Assembly (NCBI RefSeq): GCF_032116555.1
Contig: NZ_CP134949.1
Span: forward strand, 1,922,001 to 1,986,000
DNA from: Halorarum halobium
GTDB lineage: Archaea; Halobacteriota; Halobacteria; Halobacteriales; Haloferacaceae
DNA length: 64,000 nt
Reading direction: 5' to 3'
Shown: piece after piece, positions 1-10,548 of the stretch
Position numbering within the stretch: position 1 is the stretch's first letter
Layout of the letters: the number at the start of each line of letters is the position of its first letter
Made by a program: the position numbers and the translations under genes
The notes under the pieces: model-generated
Database searches by the model: none
What the model saw: only the letters and a program-made list of their open reading frames with translations
Told to the model about the DNA's origin: nothing

Positions 1-1260
1 CGCGTCGGTCCGCCGGTCGCCGAGTCTGGCGTCGTACAGCCCTCCCTCGTGGCCCCACTTGTGGAAGTTCGGCTGCATCGACGCGACGACGCCGAGGTCG
101 GCGAACCGCCGGACGGCATCCTCGCCGGCGAGTTCACAGTGCTCGACGCGGTGGCGCATTCCGCCGGGGTCCTCGGTCTCGGCGTAGGCGTCGAGCGCGA
201 GGTCGACCGCCTCGTCGCCGATGGCGTGCAGCGTCACCTGGAAGCCGGCGTCGTCGGCGCGGGAGACCAGGTCGTGGACCTCCTCCGGCGGGACGACCCA
301 CTGGCCCGTCTCCCCCTCGTCGGTGCCGTCCGCGGCGTCGGTGCCGTCCGCGGCGTCGGCATAGGGCGAGGAGAGCTTCGCCGTCCGTCCGCCGAGGCTG
401 CCGTCGGTGAACGACTTCACCGCCCCCACCCGTACCATCTCGCTCCCGTGGTTCGTGCGCAGGCCGAGATCGATCAGTTCCGCAAGGTGGTCCGACCAGT
501 AGTTGAGTCGCACCCGGAGCGTGAGCTCGCCCGCGAGGTCCAGTTCCCGGTACACTTCCGGTGCCTTCGACTGCCGGACCATGTCGTGGACCATCGTCAC
601 CCCGCGCGCGTTCGCCTCGCGCTGGGCGGCCTCGGCGAGTTCCCGCGCCTCGGCCGCGTCCGGCTCGATCGCGTCGTACACCGGATCGACGGCCGTCTCG
701 ACGAGCACGCCGGTCGGCTCGCCGCCGTCGGTCGCGTTCCCCGTGTCGGTCCGGACGTCCTCGTCGGGCATGGCGTCGCGGTAGCGGTCGAGCACGACCC
801 GATTCACCGAGGCGACGTGCATGTCCTCGCGGAACGCGGCGACCGGTGCGGTCTCCGAGACGGCGGCGAGGTCCGCCGCGGTCAGGTAGCGCGACTCGGC
901 CCAGGTCGACTCGTCGTAGCCGAACCCCAGCACCCACTCGCCGTCCTCGACCGCGGCGGCGCGCTCGCGGAGCAGCGAGACGGCCTCGTCGGGTCCATCG
1001 GCGGCCGAGAGGTCGGCGTGGACCAGCGACCGGCCGACCGCGAGCAGGTGGGTGTGGGCGTCGATGAACCCGGGAAGGACGACGCGGCCGCCGGCGTCGA
1101 CGACGTCGGTGTCCGCGCCGGCCAGGAACTCCACGTCGTAGGCCGCGCCGGTGCGGACCACGTCGCCGTCGCGCACCGCGACCGCCTCGACCGTCTCGTC
1201 GGGGTCGGCGAGCGTGTGGACCTCGGCGTTCGTGACGACCAGGTCGGCGGCTTCGGTCAT
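1..1260 (-). CDS. Amidohydrolase (YtcJ-like, amidohydrolase 3 family), runs off the window start
   Basis: Manual translation from the ATG at 1260: MTEAADLVVTNAEVHTL...AVAVRDGDV...VVDAGGRVVLPGFIDAHTHL, which has the PGFIDxHxH metal-binding motif. Not in the ORF track because the stop lies outside the window. Confidence 0.9.
   Translation of the reverse strand, partial: MTEAADLVVTNAEVHTLADPDETVEAVAVRDGDVVRTGAAYDVEFLAGADTDVVDAGGRVVLPGFIDAHTHLLAVGRSLVHADLSAADGPDEAVSLLRERAAAVEDGEWVLGFGYDESTWAESRYLTAADLAAVSETAPVAAFREDMHVASVNRVVLDRYRDAMPDEDVRTDTGNATDGGEPTGVLVETAVDPVYDAIEPDAAEARELAEAAQREANARGVTMVHDMVRQSKAPEVYRELDLAGELTLRVRLNYWSDHLAELIDLGLRTNHGSEMVRVGAVKSFTDGSLGGRTAKLSSPYADAADGTDAADGTDEGETGQWVVPPEEVHDLVSRADDAGFQVTLHAIGDEAVDLALDAYAETEDPGGMRHRVEHCELAGEDAVRRFADLGVVASMQPNFHKWGHEGGLYDARLGDRRTDA
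318..359. repeat. In-frame 18-bp tandem duplication inside the amidohydrolase
   Basis: CGTCGGTGCCGTCCGCGG at 318-335 and 336-353, plus a partial third copy. Confidence 0.85.
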
Positions 1261-1421
1261 GCGTTCGACGGGGTGTGGGAGGGGGAAAACGGTTCGGGAA
1301 GCCGAACGAGGTCGGGGGCGACGCCGGGAACGAACCGAACCCCGGGAGGCGGCGAACGGTCGGTGAAATCGACGCTACCGTTTCGCCAAGGTACTTGCCG
1401 GCCCCTCCGGAACGCCCCACC

Positions 1422-1900
1422 ATGGTCCCCGAACGCACGACGCGACGAGCGGCGCTCGCGCTCGCCGGCGGTGGAAGACCGAGTGGCCCGGCAACGCCGT
1501 CGTCCGGCCGCCGGTCGCCGACGGGGTCGCGTACGTCGCGGGACTCACCGGCCACGTCGCCGCCTTCGACCTCGCGGACGGCGGCGAGCGGCTGTGGCAC
1601 GAACGCCTCACACCGGAACGGTACGCGCAGGGGACCGTAGCCACCGTGACCGAGCGGGCCGTCCACGTCCTCCGCGTCGACGCCGACGCCCGCGAGGTCC
1701 GGGCCGTCGCGCTCGACCGGGCGGACGGGGCGATACTGTGGGATCTCCAAACGGCCGGCACGCGTGCACGCGGCGTCGTCCCCGCCGGGGGAACGTACCT
1801 GTTCACGTCTGAGTCAACGCCCGAGGAGCAGCGCCGGGAGTCGACGCTGGGTGCGGGACAGGACACGACCGCGACGCTGTGGGCGTACGAACCCCGGTGA
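1422..1900 (+). pseudogene. Remnant of a Tat-exported PQQ-like/BamB beta-propeller protein (internal deletion and frameshift)
   Basis: The ATG at 1422 gives a Tat-like leader MVPERTTRRAALALAGG. The propeller-like sequence WKTEWPGNAVVRPPVADGVAYVAGLTGHVAAFDLADGGERLW...VALDRADGAILWD...LWAYEPR is in another frame with no start of its own until 1646. Confidence 0.65.
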
Positions 1901-1991
1901 CGCCCGACCCGGACGCCGATCGCCCGGGATCCGTCCGGAACGGACCGTCCGAACCGACACGACTTAGCGGACGCCACCACCAGGTCGACCC

Positions 1992-3215
1992 ATGACCGAC
2001 ACGGACCCCGAGACGCTCGCCGGCCGGGTTCGGGACGGCGACCTCCGACTGTACGAACTCGAGGACCACGCCGACGCCGACACCGCGGTCGCGGCGCGTC
2101 GGCTCCTCGTGGAGGAACAGTCGGGTGCGGAACTGGACGCGACCGGCGAGTACACCCTCCCCGCCGGGCAGGCGACCGACACGAACATCGAGAACATGAC
2201 CGGCGCGGTGCAGATTCCCGTCGGCGTCGCCGGCCCGGTCCAGATCGACGGCGGCGCCGTCTCGGGCGAACGTTACCTGCCGATGGCGACGACCGAGGGC
2301 GCGCTGCTGGCCTCCGTCAACCGCGGCTGTGCGGCGCTGAACTCGGCCGGCGGCGCTGGCGCGCGGGTGCTGAAGAACCGGATGACGCGCGCGCCGGCCT
2401 TCCGCGTCGCGGGCGTGGCAGAAGCCGAGGCGCTCGCCTCGTGGGCCCGGGACAACGTCCCGGCGCTGCGGGACGCGGCCGAGTCGACGACGAGCCACGG
2501 CGAACTCCGCGAGGTGACACCGTACGTCGTCGGCAACAACGTCTACCTGCGGTTCGCCTACGACACCAAGGACGCGATGGGGATGAACATGGCCACCATC
2601 GCGACCGAGGCGGCCTGCGAGGTCGTGGAGGCGGAGACCGCGGCCAGTCTGGTCGCGCTCTCGGGCAACCTCTGTTCGGACAAGAAACCCGCCGCGATCA
2701 ACGCGGTCGAGGGGCGCGGCCGGACGGTCGCGGCCGACGTGACAGTCCCGCGCGAAATCGTCGCGGAGACGCTGAAGACGAGCCCCGAGGCCGTCGCCGA
2801 GGTGAACACCCGGAAGAACCTCGTGGGCAGCGCGAAGGCCGGCGGCCTCGGGTTCAACGCCCACGTGGCAAACGCGGTCGCCGCGATGTTCCTCGCGACG
2901 GGCCAGGACGCGGCGCAAGTCGTGGAGGGCGCCAACGCCATCACGACCGCGGAAGTCGACGACGAGGGCGACCTGTACGTCTCGGTGACGCTCGCCTCGC
3001 TCGAAGTGGGCACGGTCGGCGGCGGAACCAAGCTGCCGACCCAGGCCGAGGGCCTCGACGTGCTCGGCGTCCGTGGCGGGGGCGACCCGGCCGGGAGCAA
3101 CGCCGACGCGCTCGCGGAGGCGGTCGCGGTCGCGGCGCTGGCAGGGGAACTCTCGCTGCTCTCGGCGCTCGCGTCGCGGAACCTCTCCTCTGCGCACGCC
3201 GATCTGGGTCGGTAA
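1992..3215 (+). CDS. hmgA: Hydroxymethylglutaryl-CoA reductase (NADPH, class I)
   Basis: Motifs PMATTEGAL, DAMGMNM, GNLCSDKK, GQDAAQ, VGTVGGGT and GELSLL. Confidence 0.97.
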   Translation: MTDTDPETLAGRVRDGDLRLYELEDHADADTAVAARRLLVEEQSGAELDATGEYTLPAGQATDTNIENMTGAVQIPVGVAGPVQIDGGAVSGERYLPMATTEGALLASVNRGCAALNSAGGAGARVLKNRMTRAPAFRVAGVAEAEALASWARDNVPALRDAAESTTSHGELREVTPYVVGNNVYLRFAYDTKDAMGMNMATIATEAACEVVEAETAASLVALSGNLCSDKKPAAINAVEGRGRTVAADVTVPREIVAETLKTSPEAVAEVNTRKNLVGSAKAGGLGFNAHVANAVAAMFLATGQDAAQVVEGANAITTAEVDDEGDLYVSVTLASLEVGTVGGGTKLPTQAEGLDVLGVRGGGDPAGSNADALAEAVAVAALAGELSLLSALASRNLSSAHADLGR

Positions 3216-3257
3216 CGCGGGTCGGCGATCCGTCGGTCGGCGAGCCGCACTGCCCGC

Positions 3258-3620
3258 TCAGGAATCCGCTCCCGCCCGCTCGGCCACCGCTCCCACGAGC
3301 CGGCGAGTTCGCGGCCAGAGGCGGAGCGGATCGCCCCAGAGGCGGGCCGCGAGCGGGAACTGGAACGCGGCCGCGAGAAAGAAGAACCCGCCCAGCACCG
3401 GCTCGACGTACACCCACGTCACCACGCCCGCACCGCCCTCCCAGAGCAGGAGCGTGTACGCGGCGGCACCGTGGTTAGCGAGGATGAACCCGGCCAGCGC
3501 GAGGAACGTCGCCAGGAACAGCAGTCCCCGGTAGTCGGTCGCGCCGGGCTCGGCGCGAAGCTGGAGGACCGAAAGCTCGATGGCGAGCCCCAGCGTCGTC
3601 CCGGCGGTCGTCGGCGACAC
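3258..3620 (-). CDS. Small hypothetical membrane protein
   Basis: 120-aa ORF with hydrophobic segments; no family recognised. Confidence 0.5.
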   Translation of the reverse strand: MSPTTAGTTLGLAIELSVLQLRAEPGATDYRGLLFLATFLALAGFILANHGAAAYTLLLWEGGAGVVTWVYVEPVLGGFFFLAAAFQFPLAARLWGDPLRLWPRTRRLVGAVAERAGADS

Positions 3621-3680
3621 GCGCCCACCTGTCGCGGGAACCAGAATAAACCCATCGGGCGGCGAGCGGGACGAATCTCG

Positions 3681-4208
3681 CTACAGGAGGCGATACTCGC
3701 CGCGCGACTCGCTCACCTCTCCGCGTCTCGTGAGCCGTTCGAGCAGGTCCCTCGCGGCCGCCGCGGGCACGCCGTGTTCCGTGGCGTACTCGACCACGCT
3801 CGACTCCGTCGTGTTTCCCTCCCGGAGCGCGTCCCGGACCACCTGATCGCGTGACCGGGACCCGGACGACCCGCTGTCCTCGGTCGCGGCCGCGACCTCG
3901 TCCGCGTCGAGGCCCGAACCCTCCAGGTACTCCCGATCCGAAACCATCCGATCGGCGTCCTCGACGGCGCGCTCGTGGTCAGCCGCTGTGCCGACCGCGT
4001 CGAACGCGTCCGCGTCCCCCCGCTTCTCGGCGAGCAACTGGGCGCGAGCCCCGACGGCCGCCGACCGGTCCTCGGATTCGAAGAAGCGTCTGAGCCGCTT
4101 CGTCCGGTGGACGGTGCCACACCGGGTGCACGTCGCCGACTTCTGCTCGTCGGGGTCCGAGAGCAGCCAGTAGGCTCCACAGTCCGTACAGCCGACGACC
4201 GCGTACAT
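3681..4208 (-). CDS. Haloarchaeal conserved Zn-ribbon protein (DUF5817-like)
   Basis: MYAVVGCTDC...CTRCG gives two CxxC pairs; possible C-terminal winged-helix-like region. Confidence 0.8.
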   Translation of the reverse strand: MYAVVGCTDCGAYWLLSDPDEQKSATCTRCGTVHRTKRLRRFFESEDRSAAVGARAQLLAEKRGDADAFDAVGTAADHERAVEDADRMVSDREYLEGSGLDADEVAAATEDSGSSGSRSRDQVVRDALREGNTTESSVVEYATEHGVPAAAARDLLERLTRRGEVSESRGEYRLL

Positions 4209-4321
4209 GGTCGCGCTTCCGCGCTATCGGCCTTGAACCTGTCCCCCGAGGCCGCGGGAGCAGGACGGACGGGGACGGCAGCCCCCGTAGATGTAAGTAC
4301 CGAGCCGACGCGAGTGGTCCC

Positions 4322-4666
4322 ATGGAGCACGTTCCACACGGCCCGGACGAGGACGTCGAAGCGGTCGCTGGCGTCCACCTGTCGCAACTGGCCGCGGGCG
4401 AGGAGATGAACGTCCAGCACTTCACGATCGACCCCGGCGCGGAGGTGCCGTCACACAGCCACCCCCACGAGCAATCGGGCATCATCACCGCCGGCACGCT
4501 GACGTTCAGACTCGACGACGGCGAGACCGTCACCTGTGAGGCGGGCGACTCCTACGTGCTCGCGGGCGGCGAGACCCACGGCGTCGTCAACGACGGCGAG
4601 GAACCCGTCACCGGAGTCGACGTGTTCTCGCCGCCGCGGACCGACCCGGACTGGGCGGACTCGTAG
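4322..4666 (+). CDS. Cupin domain protein
   Basis: PSHSHPHEQ...GTL...GDSYV...HGVVN cupin motifs. Confidence 0.9.
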   Translation: MEHVPHGPDEDVEAVAGVHLSQLAAGEEMNVQHFTIDPGAEVPSHSHPHEQSGIITAGTLTFRLDDGETVTCEAGDSYVLAGGETHGVVNDGEEPVTGVDVFSPPRTDPDWADS

Positions 4667-4735
4667 CCGGACCGGGTGAACCCGCAGCCGGGCGGGAAAG
4701 CGGTCGTCCGGCTCGGTTTCGACGCGGGCCGGGAC

Positions 4736-5023
4736 TCACTCGACGGCGAAGCCGCGCTCGCCCAGCAAGTCTCCCACCCGGTCGCGGTGGTCGCCCTGCA
4801 GTTCGATCGCGCCGTCGTCGACGGTGCCTCCGGTGCCGAGCGAGCGCTTCAGGTCCGAGGCGACCTCCTTCAGGTCGACGGCCGTCTCGTCGAACCCCTC
4901 GACGATGGTGACGGGCTTGTTGTACGTTCGACGCTCGACGCGGACGGTCAGCCGTTGTTCGGCGCGCGCGAGGTCCTCGGTCGGGTCGTCCGGCAGGTCG
5001 GCGAACGGGTCGTCGTCGCTCAT
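4736..5023 (-). CDS. Translation initiation factor SUI1/aIF1 (YciH-like)
   Basis: KPVTIVEG...LKRSLGTGGT...IELQGDHR. Confidence 0.93.
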   Translation of the reverse strand: MSDDDPFADLPDDPTEDLARAEQRLTVRVERRTYNKPVTIVEGFDETAVDLKEVASDLKRSLGTGGTVDDGAIELQGDHRDRVGDLLGERGFAVE

Positions 5024-5128
5024 GGGAGCCGTACGTGCCGCGCGCTGAAAAAGTGGGAGGCGAGTCCGGCGGGTCGGAGCGGGTCGGCGGCGACCCGTCC
5101 CGGTCAGTCGGCCGACGTGCCGCGTCGT

Positions 5129-6391
5129 CTACGCCAGGTCGTGGATCCGCTCGACGACCTCGTCGGCGAACTCGGAGGTGGCGAGCTTCGTGGCGCCCTC
5201 GCGCTGGCGTTCGAGGTCGTAGGTGACGCGACCCTCGGAGATCTGTGCCTCGACGGCGTCGCGGACGAGGTCCGCGGCGTCGGTCCAGCCGAGGTACTCC
5301 AGCATCTCGCGGCCCGAGAGGATCATCGCGGTCGGGTTCACCTTGTCCTCGCCGGCGTACTTGGGCGCGGAGCCGTGGACCGGTTCGGCGAGCGCCTTGC
5401 CGTGGCCGTAGTTGACGCCCGGCGCGATGCCGAGCCCGCCGATCTGTGCGCCGGCGGCGTCGGACATGTAGTCGCCGTTCAGGTTCATCGTCGCGATGAC
5501 CGAGTAGTCGCTCGTCCGCGTGAGCAGCTGCTGGAGCATGTTGTCGGCGATGCGATCCTTCACGACGACGGTGCCGTCGGGCTGCTCGCCGTCGTGCTCC
5601 TCCCAGAGCTCGTCCTCGGTGATGACGTCCTCGCCGTACTCCTCGGCCGCGACCTCGTAGCCCCAGTCGCGGAAGGCGGCCTCGGTGAACTTCATGATGT
5701 TCCCCTTGTGGACCAGCGTGACCGAGTCCCGGCCGTTCTTGATCGCGTAGTCGATCGCCTCGCGGATGAGCCGCTTCGAACCGAACTCGGTGATCGGCTT
5801 GATGCCGATGCCGACCGGGCCGTCGTGGATGACGCCGTCCGCGCCCATCTCGTCCTCGACGAACTCGCGGACGCGCTCGACGTCGTCGGTGCCGGCCTCC
5901 CACTCGATGCCGGCGTACACGTCCTCGGTGTTCTCGCGGAACGTGACCATGTCCATCTCCTCGGGGCTCTTGACGGGCGACGGGACGCCCTCGAGGTGGT
6001 AGGTCGGGCGGACGTTCGCGTAGAGGTCGAGCCGCTTTCGGAGCGCCACGTTGAGCGATCGGAAGCCCGCGCCGACGGGCGTCGTCAACGGGCCCTTGAT
6101 GGCGACGCGGTGCTCGCGGATGGCGTCGACGGTCTCCTGCGGGAGGTTCTCGTCGTAGCGGTCGCGCGCGCTCTGGCCGGCGTAGACGCGCATCCAGGCG
6201 ATGGAGCGTCCGGTGGCCTCGGCTGCCGCGTCGAGTACCTTCTGGGCGGCCGGGCCGACGTCGGTCCCGATGCCGTCCCCGTGAATGATGGGGATGATCG
6301 GATTGTCCGGCACCGTGAGCTCGCCGGTGTCCTCGTCGGCGACCGTGATCCGTTCCCCGTCCGCGGGAACCTCGGTAATATCGTAACTCAT
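5129..6391 (-). CDS. icd: Isocitrate dehydrogenase (NADP+)
   Basis: GDGIG, IKGPLTTPVG, SLNVALR, FRENTED, VHKGNIMK, NLNGDY, EPVHGSAPKY. Start re-picked at MSYDITEV. Confidence 0.97.
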   Translation of the reverse strand: MSYDITEVPADGERITVADEDTGELTVPDNPIIPIIHGDGIGTDVGPAAQKVLDAAAEATGRSIAWMRVYAGQSARDRYDENLPQETVDAIREHRVAIKGPLTTPVGAGFRSLNVALRKRLDLYANVRPTYHLEGVPSPVKSPEEMDMVTFRENTEDVYAGIEWEAGTDDVERVREFVEDEMGADGVIHDGPVGIGIKPITEFGSKRLIREAIDYAIKNGRDSVTLVHKGNIMKFTEAAFRDWGYEVAAEEYGEDVITEDELWEEHDGEQPDGTVVVKDRIADNMLQQLLTRTSDYSVIATMNLNGDYMSDAAGAQIGGLGIAPGVNYGHGKALAEPVHGSAPKYAGEDKVNPTAMILSGREMLEYLGWTDAADLVRDAVEAQISEGRVTYDLERQREGATKLATSEFADEVVERIHDLA

Positions 6392-6669
6392 TGGCGTGTC
6401 CCCGAGTTCCGACGGCGCAGTAAAATGCCTGCCGTTCTCCGGTGAACGCCCGCGGACCGCGACGAACGCGCCGAATCGCAGGGCGGCGGAACGACCAGTC
6501 GACAAACGGATGTCGACTGCACCCGTCCCCCCGTTCAGCATCGCGGGAGCGTGACGCCGTTCCCGCCGGGCAGTGCGCCACTGTTCACGCGCTCGGTAGC
6601 GCGCCAGGCGTCCCGGCGTGCCCGACCGATTCCCGGACGCTTTTCCCCCGACCGGCGAACTCACCGACG

Positions 6670-7527
6670 ATGCGCATCATCTGTCACGGCGGTGCCGGCG
6701 GCACGCCCGAGGAACCCGAGCCCAGACGGGCGGTCCTCGACGAGGCCGCCGAAACCGGAACTAGGGAGGCGAGCGTCGTCGACGCGGTCGTCTCCGCGGT
6801 CGCGGTGCTGGAGGAATCGCCCCGGTTCAACGCCGGCTTCGGCGGCGCGGTCCAGTCGGACGGGATAGTGCGGACCGACGCCGGAATCATGACCGACGGG
6901 CGCGAGGCCGGCGCGGTCGCCTCGATGCCCGGCGTCGAACACGCCGCCGCCGCGGCCCGCGTCGTCATGGAGGAGACGCCCCACGTGTTCGTCTCTGGCG
7001 TTCACGCGGTCGACCTGGCCGACGACTTCGGGATCGACGTCGAGCGCGACCTGCTCACGGCGGAGACCCGGGAGCGGTACGAGGACGTCGATCCGCCCGA
7101 CGGAGCTCCCGCCGAGCACCTCGCGTGGATCGAGGAGCGGTTCGGCGGCCACGACACGGTCGGCGCGGTCGCCCACGACCCGGACTCGGACGCCTTCGCC
7201 GCCTGTACCTCGACGGGCGGGCGGACGTTCGCGCTCGCGGGCCGCGTCGGCGACGTGCCCCAGATCGGCTCGGGCTTCTTCTGTGGGCCGGCGGGCGGCG
7301 CCAGCGCGACGGGCGCCGGCGAGGACATCGCGAAGGCGACGCTGACGCGCCGTGCGGTCCGCCACCTGGAGGACGGGCTGGACGCGCAGGCGGCGGCCGA
7401 CCGCGCGATCGCCGAGTTCGGCGAGCTGACCGACTCGTCCGCGGGAATCATCGTGCTGGACGGGGCGGGGGCCGGGTCGGCGTTCAACTCCGAGGGGATG
7501 CAGACCAGCGTCGCGACGACGGAGTAA
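6670..7527 (+). CDS. Isoaspartyl peptidase/L-asparaginase (Ntn hydrolase)
   Basis: HGGAG, FNAG, D-TVGAVA nucleophile site, TSTGG, GRVGD, TGAGEDI. Confidence 0.93.
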   Translation: MRIICHGGAGGTPEEPEPRRAVLDEAAETGTREASVVDAVVSAVAVLEESPRFNAGFGGAVQSDGIVRTDAGIMTDGREAGAVASMPGVEHAAAAARVVMEETPHVFVSGVHAVDLADDFGIDVERDLLTAETRERYEDVDPPDGAPAEHLAWIEERFGGHDTVGAVAHDPDSDAFAACTSTGGRTFALAGRVGDVPQIGSGFFCGPAGGASATGAGEDIAKATLTRRAVRHLEDGLDAQAAADRAIAEFGELTDSSAGIIVLDGAGAGSAFNSEGMQTSVATTE

Positions 7528-7615
7528 GCCGTCGCCGAAACCGGATTCCCGTGACGACTCTCGGCCGCCGGTTCGCGTCTCGACGGCGGCAACGTACGGC
7601 AGCGACACCGACCGT

Positions 7616-8428
7616 TCAGGGCGCGACGACCGCAAACAGCAGCGCGTTGTGGACGCCGGGGCCGAGCCCGACTGCCGTCACGAGCGCGAGGAGCGCGTTC
7701 CCCTCCGTCGGCTCCTCGCGAACGGTCGGCGCGATGGCGGCGACGACGAGGACGCCGACGGCGAGTTTCACGAGGACGAACAGCCAGCCGCCACCGAGGA
7801 CGGCCGCGGTGGGAAGTCCGTGTGCGAACTCGATGATGAGCCGGGAAAGCGGCGTGCGCTCGCCGAAGCCGAGGAGGTCGACGCCGACGGCCGTCGTCAC
7901 GCCGTCGATGCCGTGGGCGGCGACGGCGACGAGCCCGGCGGAACCGGCGGCGGTCGCGGGGCTGTACGCGCGGTAGAGGAGGAGCGCGAGGCCGACGCCG
8001 AGCCCCGCGCCGACGACGAGTCCGGCGGCCGGGAGCCAGGGGGAGAACGTGCCGGCGCCGGCACCGTACTCGAGCGTGCGGCCGACGCCGACGAGCAGCG
8101 CGAGCGTTCCCGCCGCACCGAGCACCCGCCGGTCGTCCGCGTCGCTCGCCAGCGCCGCGAGCCAGCAGGCGCCGGCGAGGGCGGCGGTCGTGAGGTAGGC
8201 CGACGGCGTTCCGAACAGCGGGTCGAGGGCGTCCGGGAGGACGCCGAGGACGAACAGGACGTGCCCGGCCGCGCCCGCACACATCCACGGGACGAGCGCG
8301 ATGACGTGGCCCGTCGTGAACGCTGGCCTGCGCTCGGAGAGCCCGTACGCCACCCCGCCGAGCGCCAGCGCCAGCACGAGCAGGTACGGGAGAGGCGGGA
8401 GCGCGAACCCCTCCGGGAGAATCGTCAT
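7616..8428 (-). CDS. DUF63-family membrane protein
   Basis: Multi-pass membrane protein with AHGIDGVTT and GLGPG motifs. Confidence 0.75.
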   Translation of the reverse strand: MTILPEGFALPPLPYLLVLALALGGVAYGLSERRPAFTTGHVIALVPWMCAGAAGHVLFVLGVLPDALDPLFGTPSAYLTTAALAGACWLAALASDADDRRVLGAAGTLALLVGVGRTLEYGAGAGTFSPWLPAAGLVVGAGLGVGLALLLYRAYSPATAAGSAGLVAVAAHGIDGVTTAVGVDLLGFGERTPLSRLIIEFAHGLPTAAVLGGGWLFVLVKLAVGVLVVAAIAPTVREEPTEGNALLALVTAVGLGPGVHNALLFAVVAP

Positions 8429-8544
8429 GTCCGGGACTCCGCCGTCGCGGGCAAAGATGTACCGAATCAGGCGAGGAGTCGGGGCGAACGGGACCGGGAT
8501 CGAACGGTCGAAAGCGTGTTGACGGTGGGGGTGCGTCTCCGGGT

Positions 8545-9180
8545 ATGGACCGAAGCGACCTCGCCGCGCGCATCGACCACACCGTGCTCGGCCCGGAGAC
8601 GACGCTCGCGGGCGTGGAGACCGTCCTCGATGATGCGGCGCAGTACGGCATGAACGTCTGTATCCCGCCGTGTTACCTGACCGAAGCCGCCGAGTACGAG
8701 CCCGACGTGACGCTGGCGACGGTCGTCGGCTTCCCCCACGGGCAGAACGCGACCGCGGCCAAGCGCGAGGAGGCGGTGTGCGCCTGGGAGGACGGCGCGG
8801 ACGAGCTCGACATGGTCATCAACGTCGGTCGCCTGAAGGCCGGCGACGACGACGCCGTGGAGGAGGACGTCGCCGCGGTCGTCGCCGCCGTTCCGGTCCC
8901 GGTGAAGGTGATCATCGAGACGGCGCTGCTGTCCGCGGACGAGAAACGCCGCGCCTGCGAGGCCGCCGCTGGCGCCGACGCCGCGATGGTGAAGACCTCG
9001 ACGGGCTTTGCCGACGGCGGCGCGACCGTCGAGGACGTGGAGCTGATGGCCGAGTACCTGCCGGTGAAAGCCAGCGGCGGCGTCGGCAGCTACGAGGAGG
9101 CGCTCGCCATGTTCGAGGCGGGAGCCGAGCGGATCGGTGCCTCCTCGGGCGTCGACATCGTCGAAGGCGCACCCGAGTAA
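8545..9180 (+). CDS. deoC: Deoxyribose-phosphate aldolase
   Basis: [48 protein letters not shown]. Confidence 0.97.
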   Translation: MDRSDLAARIDHTVLGPETTLAGVETVLDDAAQYGMNVCIPPCYLTEAAEYEPDVTLATVVGFPHGQNATAAKREEAVCAWEDGADELDMVINVGRLKAGDDDAVEEDVAAVVAAVPVPVKVIIETALLSADEKRRACEAAAGADAAMVKTSTGFADGGATVEDVELMAEYLPVKASGGVGSYEEALAMFEAGAERIGASSGVDIVEGAPE

Positions 9181-9218
9181 CCCCGGCCGGACGGCCCGGG
9201 AGAGCGGGTCCCGGTTCC

Positions 9219-10376
9219 CTACTCCAGCGCGACGACGGTGGCCTCGTCGTCGAGGTCATCACACGCCGCGATCACGGCCCCGTCGGCCACCGCGGCGGCG
9301 CTGACGCTCGCCTCGTAGCTCCAGCGTTCGCTCCCGAACGAGAGTCCCTCGACGCCGGTTCCGCCGCCGAGCGCGAGCGCGCGGAGGGCCCCGTCGACGC
9401 CGACGTAGAGCGTGTCCCCCGCCGCTGCGGGCGCCGAGGGCTTCGAGGGAGCATCGACGGTCCGGCTCCAGTCGATTCCCCCGTCGCCCGCATCGACCGC
9501 GGTCGTCCGCTCGGCGTCGACGGTGAACGCCGCGTTCCCGGTCGCAACGATCGACTCGCTCGCCGTCGCCGCCCGCCGGGCGTGCCACTCCGTCCGCCCA
9601 GTCGCCGCGCCGCGCGCGAGTTTGAACAGTCCGCCGCCGAACGTGGAGGCGTACACGGCGTTGCCGTCGACGGCGAGGGCACGGACTGTCCCCGGGAGCT
9701 TGCGCCGCCAGAGCGGGGTGGCGTCCGCGCGGGGGGCGTGAAGCTGGTACGCCTCGCCGCCGGTGGTGCCGACGAACAGCGAGTCCTGGTCGGTCGCGAG
9801 CGAGTAGACCCCGGTGAAGGCGTCGAACCGCCACAGTTCCTCCCCCTCCCGAGTGCCGTACGCGGCGACGACGCCGCCGGTATCGCCGACGTACACGCGG
9901 TCCCCGGCTGGCGCGACGAGCGGTGCGGCACCGAACGACGATCCGTTCGAAACGCGCCAGCGTTCGGTGCCGTCCACGACGTCCCGCGCGACCGTCGCCG
10001 GCTCGTTCCGGAGCGTCGCGTACACCGTCCCCTCATGGACACAGACGCCGTACGTGTCTCCGCCCCCCGACCACCGTTGCTCCCCGGTCCGCAGATCGAT
10101 CGCCACCAGTCCGTCGCCGGTCGGCACCAGCACGGTGCCGTCCGCGACGACGGGCCGTCCGGTCGCGGGGCCGACGGGCTCCCGCCACCGTTCGATCGGG
10201 GGCGTTCGGGGGGCGGCGGCGTCGGCGACGTAGCTCGTCGCCTCGGGGGTCGCGGCGGGTGCCGGCCACTCCGTGCCGCCGTCGCTGCCGGGCGAGAAGC
10301 TGTTCCCCGTACAGCCCGCGAGCGCGACGGTCCCGACGGCCGCCAGCCCGGACAGCAGGTCTCGTCGGGTTCCCAT
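9219..10376 (-). CDS. Tat-exported PQQ-like beta-propeller lipoprotein
   Basis: MGTRRDLLSGLAAVGTVALAGC (twin-Arg plus lipobox); repeated AxDxxTGExxW-type blades. Confidence 0.85.
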   Translation of the reverse strand: MGTRRDLLSGLAAVGTVALAGCTGNSFSPGSDGGTEWPAPAATPEATSYVADAAAPRTPPIERWREPVGPATGRPVVADGTVLVPTGDGLVAIDLRTGEQRWSGGGDTYGVCVHEGTVYATLRNEPATVARDVVDGTERWRVSNGSSFGAAPLVAPAGDRVYVGDTGGVVAAYGTREGEELWRFDAFTGVYSLATDQDSLFVGTTGGEAYQLHAPRADATPLWRRKLPGTVRALAVDGNAVYASTFGGGLFKLARGAATGRTEWHARRAATASESIVATGNAAFTVDAERTTAVDAGDGGIDWSRTVDAPSKPSAPAAAGDTLYVGVDGALRALALGGGTGVEGLSFGSERWSYEASVSAAAVADGAVIAACDDLDDEATVVALE

Positions 10377-10548
10377 CGCCGGAGGGTGTTCCCGGCCGGG
10401 TTTAGCCGTTTCCCTCGGCCATTGGCGGTTCGGACGCTCCCGATCGCTCGGTCCGCGTGGCCCCACCGATCCGGAACCGGTCCCACGGGGCAGGCTCGCC
10501 CGCGACCGTACCCCTTAACCGCCCCTGCGAGTAACTCGGAGCAACCGC

